A DNA stretch of 64,000 nucleotides from Candidatus Latescibacterota bacterium (GTDB lineage Bacteria > Latescibacterota > UBA2968). Both the position numbers and the translations under genes were made by a program. Where the stretch lies: positions 5,120,001-5,184,000 of the forward strand of contig OZ241986.1 of the NCBI GenBank assembly GCA_965204375.1. The letters are read 5' to 3'. Positions 1-10,117 of the stretch are shown here, piece by piece. Numbering within the stretch: position 1 is the stretch's first letter; each line of letters begins with the position of its first letter. The notes under the pieces were generated by a model. That model did not search any database, had not been told where the DNA came from, and saw nothing but the letters and a program-made list of their open reading frames with translations.

Positions 1-1482
1 GAGAAAAGCATCGACAATATAAGTCTGTCCCATATTTGGAACGACATTGCCAATAAGCGTCATAGCCCATCCCGCGATACCCGCGATACCTGTACCGATG
101 AAAAACGCAATCGCATCCACGCGACGGGTGGGAATACCCATACAAGCACTCATCCCGCGATTTTGTGTAACAGCACGCAACCGAAGACCAAATCGGGTCT
201 TAAAGAAAAACGCGACCAAACCAATCAGGATAACAGCGGTCAGACAGATGATAAAGATCCGGTTATACGGCAGCATAACCTGCGGTGCCAATTCAAAGCC
301 CCCGCTGAGAATCTGGGGCAGCTTGACAGCCGTGAGATCTCCAAAAATTGTACGCGCGAGTTGCACCAGAATAAGACCAATCCCCCACGTAGCCAGCAAA
401 CTCTCGAGCGGACGATTGTAAAGACGGCGAATAACCAGAGACTCCACCAGCAAACCCATACTGCCAGCCGCGAGAAATGCAACCGGCAAAGACAGCAGAA
501 AAAACAGATCGATATAGGCAGCGGGCAGGACAATCATGCAAATATTCTGAACAATAAACGTAAAATAAGCCCCGACCATCATAAACTCGCCATGCGCCAT
601 ATTGATAATACCGATTTGCCCGTATATAACTGCCAGGCCAAGCGCAATCAGAATCAAAATAGACCCCAGACTGAGACCGACAAAAGCAGTCTGGATCACA
701 ACCATAATCTGGTTAAAAGTCTCAAGCCACTGAATCGCATCGCGGATCTCGTTCCGAACCGCGGGATCTGACTCGGCAATATTGCCACTGGCATCGGGTT
801 CAACACGCGCGCGCAAAAAAGAAAGGACGAATGTATTATTGAGTTCGCCCAGCGCTTTGGCCGCATTGAGACGAACTTCGGGACTGGGATGTGTGAGTTC
901 GAGCTTGCCCAGAGCAACGCGGATCAGGCTTTGAATACTGCTATCCGTTTCTTTTTCCAGAGCATCTCGCAGCATGGGGACCGCGCCCAGATCACCGCGA
1001 TTGCCCAGCGTTTCTACAGCAACGCGGCGCTTGCCGGGATCCGGATGAAAAATCTCCATCTGTGTGAGATAGGGTTGGATAAGGGCGCGGATGCGGCGGT
1101 TGCTATCAATCTCTTCGAGATCGATCAGCGGCGCAATAAGGGGCTTGCCCTCATCGTTCAGAATGGGATGGCGTTTGGGATAGGCGGTGTAGAGCGGGGC
1201 GAAGGTATCGCCATAATCGTCTTCTTGCATGTCGCCGATAATGACGAGATCGTTATTCTTCAGATAGAGTTCACCATTGAAAAGCGCGACCATCAGGGCG
1301 TAATAATTGACATCTTTTGCATCTGAAATAGCCCTGACCGCAGTAGTGATACTATCGCGGTTATTGCTGGTAATGCGCCCGAGTTGCAACTGGTGATCCA
1401 TCTGTGCCTGGACGGAAGATGCGCCCAAAATGAGAGCCAGCGCGCAGATAGAGCGCAAAAAATTGTGGCGTTTTATTTTCAT
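1..1482 (-). CDS. urtB: Urea ABC transporter permease UrtB with N-terminal periplasmic HEAT-like extension (3' end runs off the window)
   Basis: Not in the ORF track because it runs off the window. Manual translation from ATG 1482 gives a signal peptide (MKIKRHNFLRSICALALILGASSVQA), HEAT-like helices, then the permease motif GLSLGSILILIALGLAVIYGQIGIINMAHGEFMMVGAY. Lies downstream of urtA. Confidence 0.85.
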   Translation of the reverse strand, partial: MKIKRHNFLRSICALALILGASSVQAQMDHQLQLGRITSNNRDSITTAVRAISDAKDVNYYALMVALFNGELYLKNNDLVIIGDMQEDDYGDTFAPLYTAYPKRHPILNDEGKPLIAPLIDLEEIDSNRRIRALIQPYLTQMEIFHPDPGKRRVAVETLGNRGDLGAVPMLRDALEKETDSSIQSLIRVALGKLELTHPSPEVRLNAAKALGELNNTFVLSFLRARVEPDASGNIAESDPAVRNEIRDAIQWLETFNQIMVVIQTAFVGLSLGSILILIALGLAVIYGQIGIINMAHGEFMMVGAYFTFIVQNICMIVLPAAYIDLFFLLSLPVAFLAAGSMGLLVESLVIRRLYNRPLESLLATWGIGLILVQLARTIFGDLTAVKLPQILSGGFELAPQVMLPYNRIFIICLTAVILIGLVAFFFKTRFGLRLRAVTQNRGMSACMGIPTRRVDAIAFFIGTGIAGIAGWAMTLIGNVVPNMGQTYIVDAFL

Positions 1483-1577
1483 GCGTTTAAGTCAACACCT
1501 CCACAGCGAGAGACACCGCCCACCTGGGAGAGGCCAGAGGAAAGCGGCATCCCTCTTTTGCGGAGAATTTTTTCAAG

Positions 1578-2477
1578 TTAAAACGTAAAAATAGATTCAA
1601 AAGCAAACAGGGTTACTTCTGAATCAATATCGCGGCGCAATTCGGCCAACACACCCCAGTTATCGGTAATCGTATAGCTGGGACTAAAGGTAATCTCCGT
1701 AAACTTTCCATCGGCATCTGTATCCAGACCACTGTAGCGCACAGTAGCACCGATCTTGTCGGACAAAGCCATATTGCCCATCAAAATCCAGCCATAGCCA
1801 CTATTGCCACTTTCCCCCCAGTTCGCCAGATAGTTGTATTCCGCAGCCAGTGTCACAGGACCCGTGGCATACATTCCCCAGGCATTGAGAAGTGACTGTT
1901 CAAAACTGCCCATATCTTCCCATATATACGCGATCTTGGCCGTAACTGCTTCAACAGGTGTAAAAGCAACCTGCGCTTCAAAACCCAGATCGTCAAAACT
2001 GGTATCGGACCCATCCCACACGCTGGAAACAACAGAGCCAAAAAAGCCGACTTTTCCGTTTCCAAAACCCACAGCAGCACCATTTTGATAACCACCATAG
2101 ACGAGTGTTGCAGAATAAGAGTACTGATACAGACCCGTCGGTTCTGCAGTCTCCCAACCCGAACAACTCAAAAACTTACCGCCCGTAATACTAAATCCAT
2201 TCGGTGCTTTGTAAGTCACAAAAGCCTGTTCGAGATCTACAGATCCACCACTGAGGCTATTGATATCGGCCTGGGCTGATAGCCCGCGTCCATAGTTGTA
2301 AATAAAGTCAACTTCAAACTGATCAAAAGACAGATTATTGGATTTGGATTCCGTGTCGTAGGTTGACGACATATCGAAAAATCCCGTAACCGTGAGGTTA
2401 TCTGTAATTTTGATCTGAGCGAATGACGAAGTGGCTGAAAAGGCCAGCAGCGCGAGAAGCAGCAACAATTTTTTCAT
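1578..2477 (-). CDS. Outer-membrane porin / beta-barrel protein in the urea/amide uptake operon
   Basis: Signal peptide, alternating amphipathic strands, C-terminal Phe (FESIFTF); located between urtA and urtB. Confidence 0.75.
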   Translation of the reverse strand: MKKLLLLLALLAFSATSSFAQIKITDNLTVTGFFDMSSTYDTESKSNNLSFDQFEVDFIYNYGRGLSAQADINSLSGGSVDLEQAFVTYKAPNGFSITGGKFLSCSGWETAEPTGLYQYSYSATLVYGGYQNGAAVGFGNGKVGFFGSVVSSVWDGSDTSFDDLGFEAQVAFTPVEAVTAKIAYIWEDMGSFEQSLLNAWGMYATGPVTLAAEYNYLANWGESGNSGYGWILMGNMALSDKIGATVRYSGLDTDADGKFTEITFSPSYTITDNWGVLAELRRDIDSEVTLFAFESIFTF

Positions 2478-2528
2478 TTTTTTCTCCTATTTTGCGGGCG
2501 GAGCAATCGAATTACTCCGCCCAAGTTT

Positions 2529-3794
2529 TTACTGACCCAGCATATAGGTTCCCATGTGTTTGACATGATCGCAATCTTTGTCCGCACTCGTGATATCGTC
2601 CCAGGGATCGGGAGCGACGAGGCCATCGGTCTCATATACAATTTTGAATTGACCGTTCTTGCGGATCTCGCCAATCAGCACGGGCTTGTGCAAATGGTGG
2701 TTCACCAAATCCATCATCACCGTACCCCCCGGACCGTCAAACTTGAGACCGTAAAGCGCGGGACGCACAGCATCAACATCAAAAGAACCGGCTTCTTCCA
2801 CAGCGGCTTTCCAGAGATAAACACCCACATAAGACCACACGATGGGATCATCGGTCACGCGCTTGGCACCACCGGGCAACCCATTTGCCGCGCAATAATC
2901 CTTAAACTTCTTCACAAACGCGCGATTTTCGGAAGACGAAATAGATTGGAAGTAATTCCAGGCAGCCAGATGACCGACGAGAAACTCCGTATCCATCGAG
3001 CGCAACTCATCTTCAGCGACAGAAAATGCCATAATCGGACACATCGCCGACGTGAGACCCTGGTTGGCAAACTCCTTGTAAAACGGAACATTGGAATCGC
3101 CATTAATAGTAGATAGAACAGCCGCATCGCCATTGGCGGCAAAGCGCTTGATCTTCTGGACTATGGTCTGATAGTCCTGATGGTGAAAAGGCGTATATTC
3201 TTCAATAATATTTTTTTCGGGCACACCCTTGTGCAGCAAGAAAGCGCGGAGAATCTTATTCGCAGTACGCGGGAAAACATAATCCGTACCCAGCAAATAA
3301 AACTTCTTATAACTGCCACCCTCTTCACTCATCAGATATTCCGCAGCGGGAATCAGTTGCTGGTTGGGCGTGGCACCAGTATAAATAATATTGCGAGAAC
3401 ACTCCTCCCCTTCGTATTGAACGGGATAAAAAAGCAACCCGTTATTCTCTTCAAAAACTGGCAAAACAGACTTGCGCGAAACCGAAGTCCAGCAACCAAA
3501 AGTTACGTCAACCTTCTCTTCTCGAAGTAGCATTTTGGCTTTCTCGGCAAACAAGTCCCAGTCCGATGCCGGATCGACAACCACGGGTTCAATTTTCTTG
3601 CCCAGCACGCCGCCACTGGCATTGATTTCTTCAACAGCCATAAGCACGACATCGCGCAGTGAAACCTCAGAAATAGCCATGGTCCCGCTGAGAGAGTGCA
3701 ACACGCCGAGTTTAACAGTCTCCTCTGCCTGAACAGTAAGACCTGTGGTGCATAGCAGTGCAGCGGCAAACAACATATTCATAAACTTTTTCAT
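2529..3794 (-). CDS. urtA: Urea ABC transporter substrate-binding protein
   Basis: Motifs LGVLHSLSGTMAISE, FGCWTSVSRKSVLPVFE, LFYPVQYEG, GTDYVFPRT. Start moved to MKKF at 3794 (SD GGAGGT, signal peptide). Confidence 0.93.
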   Translation of the reverse strand: MKKFMNMLFAAALLCTTGLTVQAEETVKLGVLHSLSGTMAISEVSLRDVVLMAVEEINASGGVLGKKIEPVVVDPASDWDLFAEKAKMLLREEKVDVTFGCWTSVSRKSVLPVFEENNGLLFYPVQYEGEECSRNIIYTGATPNQQLIPAAEYLMSEEGGSYKKFYLLGTDYVFPRTANKILRAFLLHKGVPEKNIIEEYTPFHHQDYQTIVQKIKRFAANGDAAVLSTINGDSNVPFYKEFANQGLTSAMCPIMAFSVAEDELRSMDTEFLVGHLAAWNYFQSISSSENRAFVKKFKDYCAANGLPGGAKRVTDDPIVWSYVGVYLWKAAVEEAGSFDVDAVRPALYGLKFDGPGGTVMMDLVNHHLHKPVLIGEIRKNGQFKIVYETDGLVAPDPWDDITSADKDCDHVKHMGTYMLGQ

Positions 3795-4101
3795 ACGTGT
3801 GATACCTCCATTGTTTGTATTTCCTCGAAAAAACAAAATCTTTTTAATAAATGGGTTAGCCAGAGAAAAGCCTCCTTTCAACAAGGCAATACCCGATAGA
3901 GTCATTGTGACGGGCAAAAAATTACATTTAAATTATTTCAGAAAGATTAAACAGAGATAAACTCGATATTTCTTTTATTTTTTATTTAGAACTGAAATTT
4001 TAAGACGGCACCTTATTTTCAACGTGGATTTTCTGCTGTATTTGGAATATCTTAAACATGACCATTGATCTTCTCAATACCATTAAATCAACGAGGTCTG
4101 C

Positions 4102-4509
4102 ATGACAATCCCAGAACGAATTGACAAATTTCTCAAGGGAAAAGCATTCGGTGTTGTCGGCGCATCGCGCGATCGGGCAAAATACGGCAACAAGATCTTG
4201 CGGTGTTATCTACAGCACGGATTGACAGCTTATCCCATCAATCCCAAAGAGACGGAAATCGAGGGACAACCCTGTTTTCCCGATATAGCTTCACTCCCTG
4301 AACCCGTTCACGGCATCTCAATCATCACACCACCGCCTGTGACAGAAGCCATAATCCCTCAAGCTCACGAAGCGGGCATTCAACACGTGTGGATGCAACC
4401 CGGCGCCGAAAGTGCAAAAGCAATAGCGACGGGAAAAAAATTGGGACTTTCGGTTATCGGCGATGGATCGTGTCTGCTCGTGGTATTGGGCTACCGAGAA
4501 GAGGAATGA
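4102..4509 (+). CDS. CoA-binding protein (YccU-like)
   Basis: VVGASRDRAKYG, PINPK and WMQPGAES motifs. Confidence 0.88.
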   Translation: MTIPERIDKFLKGKAFGVVGASRDRAKYGNKILRCYLQHGLTAYPINPKETEIEGQPCFPDIASLPEPVHGISIITPPPVTEAIIPQAHEAGIQHVWMQPGAESAKAIATGKKLGLSVIGDGSCLLVVLGYREEE

Positions 4510-4510
4510 G

Positions 4511-5650
4511 ATGAAAATATCCGTACTTTTATGCTCTTGTCTATTCGCTATTGGACTTTGTGAAGCCAACGACGGGATTGAGGCAGCCAAAAGGCAAACA
4601 TATCAAGCCATTGACCTGCACCCATTGCGAGATGGGATGAGTCACTGGCGCAAGCGATATGGACGCGACCGCAACGACCCGATGTACGATCCCTCGCAGA
4701 TTGTCCACATAGCTGAAAACATGCTCGTTTACCAGAATACAGATGGGGGCTGGCCCAACAATATAGATTGGCAGGCGCAGATCGACCCCGATACAGTCAG
4801 AGCGATTAAAGGCGAACGCCGGATGGTCAGCACATTTGACAATCACAACACGTTCTCACAGATCGATTATCTGGCAAAGGTGTACATCGCGACTGACCTA
4901 ACGCGATATCGCAATGCAGTCGAAAGGGGTCTGGACTATATATTCCGCGAGCAACATCCCACGGGTGGATGGCGCGGTTGGGATGTAGATGCCATTACAT
5001 ATAATGATGGCGTAATGATTGGCATAATGATCCTGTTGAAAGATCTCGCAGACCGCAAGCCTCAGTTTGCATGGGCAAGCGATGAACTACACGCCAAAGC
5101 CAAAGCCGCACTGGACCGGGCAATTGATGTAACCCTGAAATGTCAAATTGTCGTCCAGGGCAAAAAGACGGGATGGTGTCAGCAACACGATCATATAACT
5201 TATAAACCCGTAAAAGCGCGCACTTATGAACTGCCGTCCATTACGGCGGGACAAACAGCGAAGATCGTGTATTTTTTAATGCGTATTGAAAATCCGAGCC
5301 TCGAGATAATAGATGCAATCGAAAGTGCGGTACAATGGTTTCACGATGCAAAAATAGAAGGCATTCGACTCAAACGCGTCGAAATAGACCCCGCGCGTTT
5401 TAGAAATCACACGGCGACCACAGACCTGGTCGTTGTCAAAGACCCGGACGCACCGCCTTTGTGGGCGCGTTTTCACGAAATTGGCACAAACCGCCCCTTT
5501 ATGGCAAACCGAGACGGCAACAAAGTCTATTCCCTATTAGAAGTCGCACTGGAAAGGCGCACCGGATATGCATGGTACGGATACTGGCCCGCGCGAATTT
5601 TGGAAAAAGATTATCCCATGTGGAAAAATACAAACAGGAGACAACAATGA
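4511..5650 (+). CDS. Pectate lyase, polysaccharide lyase family 10 (PelA-type), secreted
   Basis: Motifs YQNTDGGWP, TFDN, ITYND, WCQQHD, ARTYELPS, ERRTGYAWYG; signal peptide from ATG 4511. Confidence 0.88.
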   Translation: MKISVLLCSCLFAIGLCEANDGIEAAKRQTYQAIDLHPLRDGMSHWRKRYGRDRNDPMYDPSQIVHIAENMLVYQNTDGGWPNNIDWQAQIDPDTVRAIKGERRMVSTFDNHNTFSQIDYLAKVYIATDLTRYRNAVERGLDYIFREQHPTGGWRGWDVDAITYNDGVMIGIMILLKDLADRKPQFAWASDELHAKAKAALDRAIDVTLKCQIVVQGKKTGWCQQHDHITYKPVKARTYELPSITAGQTAKIVYFLMRIENPSLEIIDAIESAVQWFHDAKIEGIRLKRVEIDPARFRNHTATTDLVVVKDPDAPPLWARFHEIGTNRPFMANRDGNKVYSLLEVALERRTGYAWYGYWPARILEKDYPMWKNTNRRQQ

Positions 5651-6591
5651 TCTATCGAACATTTGGCAAAACCGGATGGCGCGTTTCCGTCGTAGGATTG
5701 GGAACGTGGAACCTGGGCAATCAGTGGGGCGAGTTGAGCGACCGAGAAGCAACCGATATTATATTAGCCGCGATTGACAATGGCATGAACCTGCTGGACG
5801 CCGCCGAATCTTACGGCATCCCCAACGGCATGAGCGAATTGCGCATCGGCAAAACTCTGACACCCTCAATGCGCGACAAACTGATTATCGTGAGCAAAAT
5901 AGGCAACTGGGGAAGTCGCACCGGGGCACCTGTGCCAAAGACGGGCACTGATGCCATTCGCCTGTGCGGACACGCCTGCTTGGGACGCATGCAAACCGAC
6001 CGGATCGACGTCATGTTGTGCCATGAAGGTAGCATTGAAGACCCCTCTGTTTACATTGAAGGTTTTGATACCCTGTGTGAAGAGGGATTTGTCCGCACCT
6101 ATGGCATTTCAACAAATAGCCTGGATGTGCTGAAAAACTTCTACGAACTATCAAACGGCGTCTGCGCCGTAGTAGAAGTGGATTACTCTCTGATCAACCG
6201 CAAACCAGAAGCGGGATTTCTCGACTATTGCACAGAGAAAAATCTGGGTATCCTCGTGCGAGGCCCATTGGCCAAAGGCGTTTTATCCGGCAAATACAAC
6301 CGCGAAAGCGTATTTGGCGACACCGTGCGTGACGACTGGAACCCGGGACAATCCGATCGCGAAGAATACGAGGAAATGTTGGACAGTCTGGAGACGATCA
6401 GAGAGGCCATTGGAGACGACTCAAAACTCGTGGAAACCGCTCTCCGGTATGTCATTTCGCACAAATCCAATCCCATCGTCATTCCCGGCGCAACAAAGGT
6501 CCAGCAAGTAATAGACAATGCCCGGGCAGGTGCCGCCTTGCTGGATGAGGACCTGTATCGGAAATTGGGGGATATGGGAGGAAACATCTAA
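5647..6591 (+). CDS. Aldo/keto reductase
   Basis: YRTFGKTGWRVSVVGLGTW, DAAESYG, GPLAKGVL, IPGA; ATGA overlap with the lyase stop. Confidence 0.9.
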   Translation: MIYRTFGKTGWRVSVVGLGTWNLGNQWGELSDREATDIILAAIDNGMNLLDAAESYGIPNGMSELRIGKTLTPSMRDKLIIVSKIGNWGSRTGAPVPKTGTDAIRLCGHACLGRMQTDRIDVMLCHEGSIEDPSVYIEGFDTLCEEGFVRTYGISTNSLDVLKNFYELSNGVCAVVEVDYSLINRKPEAGFLDYCTEKNLGILVRGPLAKGVLSGKYNRESVFGDTVRDDWNPGQSDREEYEEMLDSLETIREAIGDDSKLVETALRYVISHKSNPIVIPGATKVQQVIDNARAGAALLDEDLYRKLGDMGGNI

Positions 6592-7580
6592 TGCAAACAC
6601 GGGTTCCTTTTGAAAAATTAAAAGACGCATTTATCGCGGCACTCCTGAAAGCAGAATTATCACAGGAACGCGCGGAATTATGCGGGCGATTATTCGCAGA
6701 AAATCAGCGCGACGGCGTCTATTCCCATGGACTGAACCGATTTCCCGGACTACTGGCAAAACTGCGCGAAGGCCGATTAGACGGCACAGCCGAACCCGAA
6801 TGCGTAAAAGCACTCGGCGTCGTAGAACAATGGGATGGCAAAATGGGAATAGGACTGGTCAATGCACATCTCGCCATGGGACGCGCAATAGAAATCGCAA
6901 AAGCAAACGGCATGGGATGCATAGGCTTGCGCAACACAAACCACTGGATGCGCGCCGGAGCTTATGGCCTGCAAGCCGCCGACGCGGGATGCATCGGCAT
7001 GTGCTGGACAAATACCACCCCACTCATGCCACCCTGGGGCGCAACGGAAAAACGCATTGGCAACAATCCAATGACAATGGCGATCCCCAGAAAAGAGGGA
7101 CATATCCTCCTGGACATGGCGATGAGCCAGTATTCCAATGGTAAATTAGAAGTCTTGCAAGCACGAGGAGAAACCCTGCCTATCGCCGGAGGATTTGATA
7201 CAGAGGGCAATCTGACATGCGACCCCGGCGCCATCCTCGATTCAAAACGCGCCCTTCCAATCGGCTACTGGAAAGGATCGGCACTCGCAATCGTACTCGA
7301 TACCCTGGCCGCGCTATTATCCGCCGGTCAAACAACGCACGACATCGGCGCACAGGGCGATGAACACGCCGTATCCCAAACCTATATTGCAATCGACGTC
7401 ACATCATTAAACGGACAAGAATTGTGTGAACGCATTGTAAACGGCATCATTGACGACCTGCATGGCGTTCACGAATCCGCGCGTTACCCAGGCGAAGGCA
7501 TGCTGCGGATAAGACGCGAGAGTCTGGAGAAAGGGGTGGTGGTAGAGGAGGATCAGTGGAAGGAATTATTGAGGATATAA
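6591..7580 (+). CDS. yiaK: 2,3-diketo-L-gulonate reductase (Ldh_2 family)
   Basis: GVYSHGLNRFP, LRNTNHWMR, MPPWG, LDMAMSQYS and LPIGYWKGS are typical of YiaK/DlgD. Confidence 0.85.
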   Translation: MQTRVPFEKLKDAFIAALLKAELSQERAELCGRLFAENQRDGVYSHGLNRFPGLLAKLREGRLDGTAEPECVKALGVVEQWDGKMGIGLVNAHLAMGRAIEIAKANGMGCIGLRNTNHWMRAGAYGLQAADAGCIGMCWTNTTPLMPPWGATEKRIGNNPMTMAIPRKEGHILLDMAMSQYSNGKLEVLQARGETLPIAGGFDTEGNLTCDPGAILDSKRALPIGYWKGSALAIVLDTLAALLSAGQTTHDIGAQGDEHAVSQTYIAIDVTSLNGQELCERIVNGIIDDLHGVHESARYPGEGMLRIRRESLEKGVVVEEDQWKELLRI

Positions 7581-7601
7581 CCATTTCTCAGGAGCATTTT
7601 T

Positions 7602-8450
7602 ATGTCTAACCCATTATTACCCACGACCAATGCCGACGGCTTGCCCGTCGTGCCCATGAGTGAAGAGCAGAAATACACATTTGACCTCAAGGGATGGATC
7701 TGTTTGCCCGGCTTGCTCACCGAAGAAGAACTCATACCCGTGCGCGAACACCAGATGAAATTCCTGAACGAAGGCGAAACACTGCCCCCCGATGAACGCG
7801 ACAATCACGGCGGCGCATCGCAAATACTACTTGACCACCCGGTTGTGGTCGGCGTATTAAACGAAATCATCTCACATCAGGCACTGGCAACCGAAGACTG
7901 CTACGGATTTCGGTTCGACCATACGTACACCAGCCATCGACGAGTCGGTCACGACAACTTTCGCCCCCATGGCGGGGGTGGATACTTCAACTTCTGCGGC
8001 AACTCGCACATCTATCAAATGCAACCCGGGAAAATTCACGCGGGATTGATCCGCGTCGTCTGGGAATTGAACGAAGTACGAGAGGGCGACGGCACCATGT
8101 TCTTATCGGGTAGTCACAAAGCCGCATTCCCGCGCCCCGAAGCCCTGAGCGGACGCAAAAGCGACCTGTGGGACACGTATTCCTGCGTTGCGGGATCCGC
8201 AGTAATCTTCACCGAAGCCCTGTGTCATACGGGCACAACATGGGGCAACGAAGAATGGAATCGGTTGAGCCTATTCACCTGTTACAACACCGTAAATGCA
8301 AAATGGGGCAAAAAATGCCCGCCGCCCGAAGTCATTGCCGCCATGCCCCCAAAGCGACAAACCCTGTTCCGCGGCGTCTGGCACGGCATGCGCGAAATAC
8401 CGAATGTGAATAAGTACTACGACGAAGCTAATATCGGGCGCTACGTCTAA
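7602..8450 (+). CDS. Phytanoyl-CoA dioxygenase (PhyH)-like protein
   Basis: QKYTFDLKGW start, LSGSHK, GSAVIFTEALCH. Confidence 0.75.
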   Translation: MSNPLLPTTNADGLPVVPMSEEQKYTFDLKGWICLPGLLTEEELIPVREHQMKFLNEGETLPPDERDNHGGASQILLDHPVVVGVLNEIISHQALATEDCYGFRFDHTYTSHRRVGHDNFRPHGGGGYFNFCGNSHIYQMQPGKIHAGLIRVVWELNEVREGDGTMFLSGSHKAAFPRPEALSGRKSDLWDTYSCVAGSAVIFTEALCHTGTTWGNEEWNRLSLFTCYNTVNAKWGKKCPPPEVIAAMPPKRQTLFRGVWHGMREIPNVNKYYDEANIGRYV

Positions 8451-8468
8451 TAAAAACAGGAGTAACCC

Positions 8469-9113
8469 ATGAACGTATTGATCACCTCGGGCAAAACAGC
8501 ATTGGCCCGGGCACTATCAGCGGATCTGGCAAACGAACACAAGGTCGTCCTGACAGATCTCGTGGAAGTAGAAACAGATTGCGACTTTGTTAAATGCGGA
8601 CTCGGACACGAAGGAGAAACCGAAGCCCTCGTACAGGGAATGGACGCCATTGTACACCTCGCGGAACTGCCCGAAGAACTAAAAAATGATGAACGGGAAA
8701 TAGACTTTCAGACCCGGTGTACTTATAACATCATGCACGCAGCCAAAGAAGAGAACGTACCCCATGTCATCTATATCAGTTCCCTCAGCTTATTCGCGTC
8801 ATGCGACCCCAACTGGAACGTCACAGAAGTCTGGGCACCGCGACCCACAACAGAATCGGGCCCTATGGCGCGCTACCTGGGTGAATTTACCTGTCGAGAA
8901 TTTGCGCGAGAGCATTCAGTCCGCGTAACCTGCTTGCGATTTGGAGATATAGACGGCGATGGCGACACCGCATTGACAATAGAAGACGCGGTAAAAGCCA
9001 TCGGCAAGGCACTCGTGACAGGCGGACCTATGTGGCAGGTATTGCACATGCAATCAGACGTTGAAAATGCACGGTTCTCTACAAACCAGGCAAAGCAAGC
9101 ATTGGGCCTTTAA
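8469..9113 (+). CDS. NAD-dependent epimerase/dehydratase family protein
   Basis: Rossmann-like N-terminus, DAIVHLA, CLRFG. Confidence 0.75.
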   Translation: MNVLITSGKTALARALSADLANEHKVVLTDLVEVETDCDFVKCGLGHEGETEALVQGMDAIVHLAELPEELKNDEREIDFQTRCTYNIMHAAKEENVPHVIYISSLSLFASCDPNWNVTEVWAPRPTTESGPMARYLGEFTCREFAREHSVRVTCLRFGDIDGDGDTALTIEDAVKAIGKALVTGGPMWQVLHMQSDVENARFSTNQAKQALGL

Positions 9114-9126
9114 TGACGAGGTAAAC

Positions 9127-9846
9127 ATGAAAGTCGTAATCTACGGAAGCAATGGCCAGTTGGGACCCCACGTAGTCAAAGCTCTGGAAGGACACGTAGA
9201 ACTGCGCTTGACGGACCTTGAGCCATTTGACACCCCGCACGAAATGATGATCGTAGATGTATCAGACCCTGATGCGGTCACGCGCGCGGCAGAGGGAATG
9301 GACGCGATCATCAACCTATCGGTCTTGCGCCCCCACCGACAGATCGCCTTTGACGTGAACACAATGGGATGTTACAACATCATGCGTGCAGCAGTCGCAC
9401 ACGGAATCCCGCGGGTCATCAACACAGGACCCCACTTCACCGTACAGGGCGCACCCTACGAGGCATTGGATTACCACATCGGTCCCGATGTCCCACCCAA
9501 ACCCAGCACAAATCTATACGCCCTATCCAAGGGCCTGGGACAAGAAATCTGCCGAATCTTTGCCGAGCAGAGCGACGTCTATGTATTGTGTTATCTATTC
9601 TACATCTTCTGCTATCACGACGACCTGTCAAGACCCGGACTGAACCGTCCATTTCTCGTAACATGGCGAGATGCGTCAGCGGCATTCTTGCCGGGCCTGA
9701 CCATCGACCTCAAAACACTGCCCTCGCAATGCGAAGTCTTCAACATCTTTGCAAATCGACCACACCAGAAGTTCTCAAACGAAAAAGCAAAGCGCATCCT
9801 GGGATGGCAGCCGAAAGATGACTTAGAGCATACGTATCTCAAATAG
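9127..9846 (+). CDS. NAD-dependent epimerase/dehydrogenase (uronate dehydrogenase-like)
   Basis: GSNGQLG glycine-rich loop, catalytic YALSK; SD GAGG before ATG 9127. Confidence 0.8.
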   Translation: MKVVIYGSNGQLGPHVVKALEGHVELRLTDLEPFDTPHEMMIVDVSDPDAVTRAAEGMDAIINLSVLRPHRQIAFDVNTMGCYNIMRAAVAHGIPRVINTGPHFTVQGAPYEALDYHIGPDVPPKPSTNLYALSKGLGQEICRIFAEQSDVYVLCYLFYIFCYHDDLSRPGLNRPFLVTWRDASAAFLPGLTIDLKTLPSQCEVFNIFANRPHQKFSNEKAKRILGWQPKDDLEHTYLK

Positions 9847-9860
9847 GGGACTTTTTTCTT

Positions 9861-9903
9861 TGGTCAATTCTGCAGACAGTGTCTGCAGAATCTTCCCTGA
9901 CCA
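9861..9903. repeat. Perfect 12-bp inverted repeat (ATTCTGCAGACA-G-TGTCTGCAGAAT) at the left edge of the methyltransferase island
   Basis: Arms 9867-9878 and 9880-9891, with an outer TGGTCA/TGACCA pair. Confidence 0.7.
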
Positions 9904-10117
9904 ATATCGCCAAGATGTTGTCAAATGGTGTGGATAAAGTCAGAGCGCATCATTGAATTAAAGCGTGAACTGGCCTGGACCAGTTGTACCCCGTCCCAAT
10001 GCAGATTCTTGCCGATTATACCCCGATGCTGTAATTTGTTAAAAAGGCCGCAAATGCCTATAATACGGAAACCCGAATTGATTGATAATTATATGATAGT
10101 CGATAGCGGAGACATAC

